DNA from: Octopus sinensis
Taxonomy: Eukaryota
NCBI RefSeq assembly: GCF_006345805.1
Contig: NW_021826159.1
Span: 1 to 12,928 of the forward strand
DNA: 12,928 nucleotides
Direction of reading: 5' to 3'
Shown here: positions 8,772-12,928 of the stretch, piece after piece
How positions within the stretch are numbered: position 1 is the first letter of the stretch
Layout of the letters: every line of letters begins with the position of its first letter
Notes under the pieces: generated by a model
Database searches by the model: none
Seen by the model: only the letters and a program-made list of their open reading frames with translations
What the model was told of the DNA's origin: nothing
Position numbers and translations under genes: made by a program

Positions 8772-9052
8772 TATATATTTTGAGTATTGTTATCATTAGC
8801 GATATCAAGATATAACTTTGTATTTTGTATTTTATGTGTAGATGTATATATATATATATAGATGTACATGTAATATGTACACATATACATACACATATAT
8901 ACATGCACTAGCACTATGACCCGGCAAAGACGGGTCTTTAATGCTAGTTCTATGTAAATAAGTGTGTGTAGTGAGGTACATATACACAATTACACACACA
9001 TACATATACATAATACACGCAACACACACGTGCACACACTCGTATATGTGTT

Positions 9053-9165
9053 CAAATCAGACTGGAGCCTGGTGCAGCCTCCTGGCTTCCCAGACCCCTG
9101 TTCAACCGTCCAACCCATGCTAGCATGGAAAACGGACGTTAAACAATGACGATGATGATGATGAT
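9053..9165 (+). mobile_element. Family B 3' fragment with (GAT)n tail
   Basis: CAAATCAGACTGGAGCCTGGTGCAGCC...GGACGTTAAACAATGACGATGATG. Confidence 0.9.
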
Positions 9166-9193
9166 ATATATATATATATAAATATATATATAT

Positions 9194-9353
9194 GTAGCAC
9201 CCACTACACTATCGGTGTGGTTGGCGTGTTAGGAAGGGCATCCAGCTGTAGAAACTCTGCCAGACAAGACTGGAGCCTGGTGCAGCCTCCTGGCTTCCCA
9301 GACCCCGCTCGAACCGTCCAACCCATGCTAGAATGGAAAACGGACGTTAAACA

Positions 9354-9385
<32 letters not shown>
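9194..9385 (+). mobile_element. Family B short copy with (GAT)n tail
   Basis: GTAGCACCCACTACAC...GGAAGGGCATCCAGCTGTAGAAAC...(GAT)n. From memory, GGAAGGGCATCC-N-GTARAAC resembles the V-SINE central domain; unverified. Confidence 0.9.
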
Positions 9386-9401
9386 ATATATATATATATA
9401 T

Positions 9402-9789
9402 AGGTGCAGGAGTGGCTGTGTAGTAAGTAGCTTGCTAACCAACCACATGGTTCCGGGTTCAGTCCAACTGCGTGGCACTTTCGGCAATTGTCTTCTGCTA
9501 TAGCCCTGGGCCGACCAATGCCTTGTGAGTGGATTTGGTAGATGGAAACTGAAAGAAGCCCGTCGTATATATATATATGCGTGTGTGCGTTTGTGTGTCT
9601 GTGTTTGTCTCCCTTGCTTGACAACCGATGCTGGTGTGTTTACGTCCCCGTCACTTAGCGGTTCGGCAAAAGGGACCGATAGAATAAGTACTGGGCTTAC
9701 AAAGAATAAGTCCCGGGGTCGATTTGCTCAACTAAAAGGCGGTGCTCCAGCATGGCCGCCGTCAAATGACTGAAACAAGTAAAAGAGTA
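9402..9789 (+). mobile_element. SINE family A, full-length reference copy
   Basis: A-box-like TGGCTGTGTAG (9413-9423), B-box-like GGTTCAGTCC (9456-9465), internal TA/TG tract, body, tail TGACTGAAACAAGTAAAAGAG. Confidence 0.93.
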
Positions 9790-9791
9790 TA

Positions 9792-9969
9792 ATCAACGTC
9801 ATCATCGTCGTTTAACGTTCGTTTTCCATGCTAGCATGGGTTAGAGGTTTCGACCGGGGATCTGGGAAGCCAGGAGGCTGCACCAGGCTCCAGTCTGATC
9901 TGGAAGTGTTTCTACAGCTGGATGCCCTTCCTAACATGCCAACCACACCGAGAGTGTAGTAGGTGCTAC
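9792..9969 (-). mobile_element. Family B short copy, inverted relative to 9194-9385
   Basis: Reverse complement GTAGCACCTACTACACTCTCGGTGTGGTTGGCATGTTAGGAAGGGCATCC...GTTAAACGACGATGATG. Confidence 0.9.
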
Positions 9970-10124
9970 ATATATATACACATATATACTACATATATAC
10001 ACACACACGCACGAAGTCTCTTGATTACACACAAGCGCTTTCCTTAATTAATTCCCACCTGGCTGGTTCATTATTTACCTTAGCGTTCGTGTTTTATTTT
10101 TACACAGAAACATAAATGCGATTC

Positions 10125-10271
10125 GGCGGTGGTGGTGATGGTGAGGGTGGTGGTGGTGGTGGTGGTGGTGGTGATGATGGTGGTGGTGATGGTGGTGGTG
10201 GTGATGTGATGATGATGATGGTGATGATGATGGTGATGATGATGATGATGATGATGATGGTGATGATGATA

Positions 10272-10324
<53 letters not shown>

Positions 10325-10381
10325 GATGATGCGATGATGATGATGATGATGATGGTGATGATGACGATGATGATGATTATG

Positions 10382-10459
<78 letters not shown>

Positions 10460-10462
10460 ATG

Positions 10463-10545
<83 letters not shown>

Positions 10546-10624
10546 GATGATGATGGTGATGATGATGGTGATGATGATGATGATGATGATTATGATGATG
10601 ATGATGATGATGAAGATGATGATG

Positions 10625-10656
<32 letters not shown>

Positions 10657-10675
10657 GATGATGATGGTGATGATG

Positions 10676-10721
<46 letters not shown>

Positions 10722-10952
10722 GGTGGTGATGATGATGGTGATGATGACGGATGATGATGATTATGATGATGATGATGATTGATGGTGATGATGATGATGA
10801 TGATGATGGTGATGATGATTGATGATGATGATGATGGTGATGAGATGATGATGACGATGAGGGTGATGATGATGATGATGATGATGCTATGTGATATAAT
10901 AAGAATAATGATGATGATGATGATGATAATCATAATAATACTAATGATGATG

Positions 10953-10984
<32 letters not shown>

Positions 10985-11036
10985 GATGATGATGGTGATG
11001 ATGATTATGATGATGATGATGGTGATGATGATGATG
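10125..11036. repeat. ~910-bp (GAT)n/(GGT)n trinucleotide tract
   Basis: Directly visible. It produces the poly-Met/Asp/His ORF artefacts. Confidence 0.97.
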
Positions 11037-11286
11037 CATAATTATATAGATATAAGAGCCGAGAGTGTCGTAGCAGCTGCTAAATCATTCGTGGAACCCT
11101 AGGTTTAATTCCTAGTTGTAGACAATCCACTAGTTAATTCTTCAGGGAGGTCATATTTGCCACAAATTCATCTTCTTCATCATCTGAACTTAAGAGAAGC
11201 AGTCTCTCATAAGTAGATAATTTATTTGATCTTGATAAGTCATCTCCATGGTTACCTGAGTTTCGTATCATCATCATCATCCATCG

Positions 11287-11342
<56 letters not shown>

Positions 11343-11343
<1 letters not shown>

Positions 11344-11504
11344 GGCGTAGGAGTGGCTGTGTTTTAAGTAGCTTGCTTACCAACCACATGGTTCCAGGTT
11401 CAATCCCAGTGCGTGGCACCTTGGGCAAGTGTCTTCTACTGTAGCCTCAGGCCGATGAAATCCTTGTGGCTGGATTCGGTAGACGGAAACTGAAAGAAGC
11501 CGTC
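11343..11504 (+). mobile_element. SINE family A, head-only copy
   Basis: AGGCGTAGGAGTGGCTGTG...GAAAGAAGCCGTC, between (TA)n tracts. Confidence 0.9.
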
Positions 11505-11513
11505 ATATATACG

Positions 11514-11545
<32 letters not shown>

Positions 11546-11546
<1 letters not shown>

Positions 11547-11709
11547 GGCGTAGGAGTGGCTGTGTGGTAAGTAGCTTGCTTACCAACCACATGGTTCCTG
11601 GTTCAATCCCAGTACGTGGCACCTTGGGCAAGTGTCTTCTGCTATAGCCTCGGGCCGACGAAATTCTTGTGGGTGGATTTGGTAGACGGAAACTGAAAAA
11701 AGCCTGTCG
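11546..11709 (+). mobile_element. SINE family A, head-only copy
   Basis: Same head, between (TA)n tracts. Confidence 0.9.
11557..11610 (+). promoter_or_regulatory. Type-2 Pol III internal promoter (A and B boxes) of a SINE head
   Basis: A-box-like TGGCTGTGTGG at 11557-11567 and canonical B box GGTTCAATCCC at 11600-11610, with tRNA-like spacing. Confidence 0.7.
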
Positions 11710-11720
11710 TATATATATAT

Positions 11721-11885
11721 AGGCAAAGGAGTGGCTTTTTTTGTAAGTAGCTTGCTAACCAACCACATGGTTCCGGGTTCAGTCCCACTGCGTGGCACCA
11801 TTGTCAAGTGTCTTCTACTATAACCTCGGGCCGACCAAAGCCTTGTGAGTGGATTTGTTAGACGGACACTGAAAGAAGCCCGTCG
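11721..11885 (+). mobile_element. SINE family A, head-only copy
   Basis: AGGCAAAGGAGTGGC...GAAAGAAGCCCGTCG, then (TA)n. No body follows. Confidence 0.9.
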
Positions 11886-12000
11886 TATATATGTATATAT
11901 ATATATATATATATCTATATAGGTGAGACAGTTGGTGTGTGAAAGCACGTGGTTGAATATATAGAAAATAGTAAAAAGTGAAAAAACTACAGAAGGCTTG

Positions 12001-12567
12001 TTTTAAAAGGTTAAAAAATATATATTTGAGTCATTATGTCTGAAGAATGTTATAAACTTTTTTCATACAATGACATAGTTTTTGAAGAAATGACCGGTTT
12101 CACGTTCAGCTTTACAAATTCCTTACATCGTTATGTTTACATTGAGAAGTGTGAAGGAGAGTTCCAGATAAGGGGAGGTAATAAATGATTCCTTCCGGTG
12201 TAAGGGAGATAATCGCTTAATATTTCTTGCCTTTTTTTGGGAGTGAGTTTCTCTGGATAAGAATGTTGGAATAGTTAACTTAACCATTCCAGCATTCTTA
12301 TCCAGAGAAACTCACTCCAAAAAAAAGGCAAGACATATTAAGCGATTATATCCCTTACACCGGAATAAATCCCTTATTACCTACCCTTATCTGGAACTCT
12401 CCATCACTCTCCTTCACACTTCTCAACGTGAACATAACGATGTAAGAAATTTGAAAAGCTGAACGCGAAACCGGTCATTTCTTCAAAAACTATGTCATTG
12501 TATGAAAAAAATTTATAACATTCCTCAGACATAATGACTCAAATATATATTTTTTAACCTTTTAAAA
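12001..12567. repeat. 567-bp near-perfect palindrome (fold-back or MITE-like element)
   Basis: Arms at 12001-12278 and 12280-12567 with a 1-nt spacer (C12279). Hand alignment gives ~17 mismatches in 278 bp plus one 10-nt insertion (~12401-12410) in the right arm. Confidence 0.95.
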
Positions 12568-12610
12568 AAAGAAAAAAGAAGGAAAAAAGGGAGATAAAAA
12601 GATGTTTTAC

Positions 12611-12843
12611 CTTTGGTAACTGGGTGGTGAGCCAGGCTGGGTTTGGGTGGAACGTATCTGCAAAGCTGACCCCTGGAGAGATTCTCCACTTGTTTGGATG
12701 GACCTGACGATTAAAAAAGCTTCCTGCTTCAGTTGACTAATGTGTGTTTTGCATATGTCACATCGGTCACTCTGGGAATAGACACGTCGGAGATTCTCTG
12801 CAACCTGGAGACCCTCTTCTATCCGTGCTGGAAGACCATGGAA
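12611..12843 (-). CDS. Internal coding exon (233 nt) of an unidentified host gene
   Basis: Acceptor TCTTATTTTTATGTCTTTCAG|TTC, donor AAG|GTAAAA. Only one frame is open across it: FHGLPARIEEGLQVAENLRRVYSQSDRCDICKTHISQLKQEAFLIVRSIQTSGESLQGSALQIRSTQTQPGSPPSYQ. Non-repetitive and GC-richer than the flanks. The ORF-track stop lies inside the donor site. Confidence 0.8.
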
Positions 12844-12866
12844 CTGAAAGACATAAAAATAAGACA

Positions 12867-12928
12867 TCTTTATATATAAAATTTAAGTTGTGTGTGTGAG
12901 ACTCTGTCTCCTCCGATTTACATTCCTA
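12867..12928 (+). mobile_element. Helitron-like 5' end running off the window
   Basis: A|TCTTTATATATAAAATTTAAGTTGTGTGTGTG parallels the starts at 5395 and 7605. The 3' end is not visible. Confidence 0.6.

Larger units (their letters stand above)
7605..8947 (+). mobile_element. Non-autonomous Helitron, second family (HelB), 1343 bp
   Basis: A|TCTCTATATATAAAACTGAGAATGTGTGTCTGTC 5' end. 3' hairpin GACCCG-GCAAAGA-CGGGTC (8918-8936), then CTAG (8944-8947)|T. A/T insertion site, no TSD. Pairing of these two ends is inferred. Confidence 0.75.

Noticed and set aside
8907-8947. Minus-strand reading of the HelB 3' end (CTAG lies on both sides of the hairpin)
   Set aside because: The + strand loop GCAAAGA resembles the HelA loop GCAACG, and a matching + strand 5' end exists at 7605. 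The minus reading is not fully excluded.
9402-9480. tRNA gene
   Set aside because: It has A/B boxes and one stem, but no complete cloverleaf. It is a SINE head.
10100-11102. Poly-His/Ile/Met ORFs
   Set aside because: They are trinucleotide-repeat artefacts with frame slips, and no splice or start context.
11045-11262. Possible minus-strand exon (GNHGDDLSRSNKLSTYERLLLLSSDDEEDEF...)
   Set aside because: It has in-frame stops and no good donor. Both candidate acceptors give an immediate stop when joined to the phase-2 end of the 12611 exon. It may be decayed coding DNA, but this is unsupported.

Overview
Eukaryotic, very AT-rich, repeat-dominated window. The SINE sequences are ones I recognise from octopus (coleoid cephalopod) genomes; this is from recall, not a database search. 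The only credible host coding sequence is one spliced exon on the minus strand (12611-12843), so most of the window is probably intron. The rest contains: (i) a tRNA-derived SINE (family A), both full length and as 'head-only' copies chained through (TA)n; (ii) a (GAT)n-tailed retroposon (family B), one copy carrying a ~1 kb array of structured 67-bp units; (iii) non-autonomous Helitrons, including a shuffled tandem array with CTAG|TC head-to-tail junctions and a second Helitron enclosing a decayed protein-coding fragment; (iv) a ~900-bp (GAT/GGT)n tract; (v) a 567-bp near-perfect palindrome with a 1-nt spacer, 43 nt into the intron after the exon. Nearly all ORFs in the supplied track are repeat artefacts.
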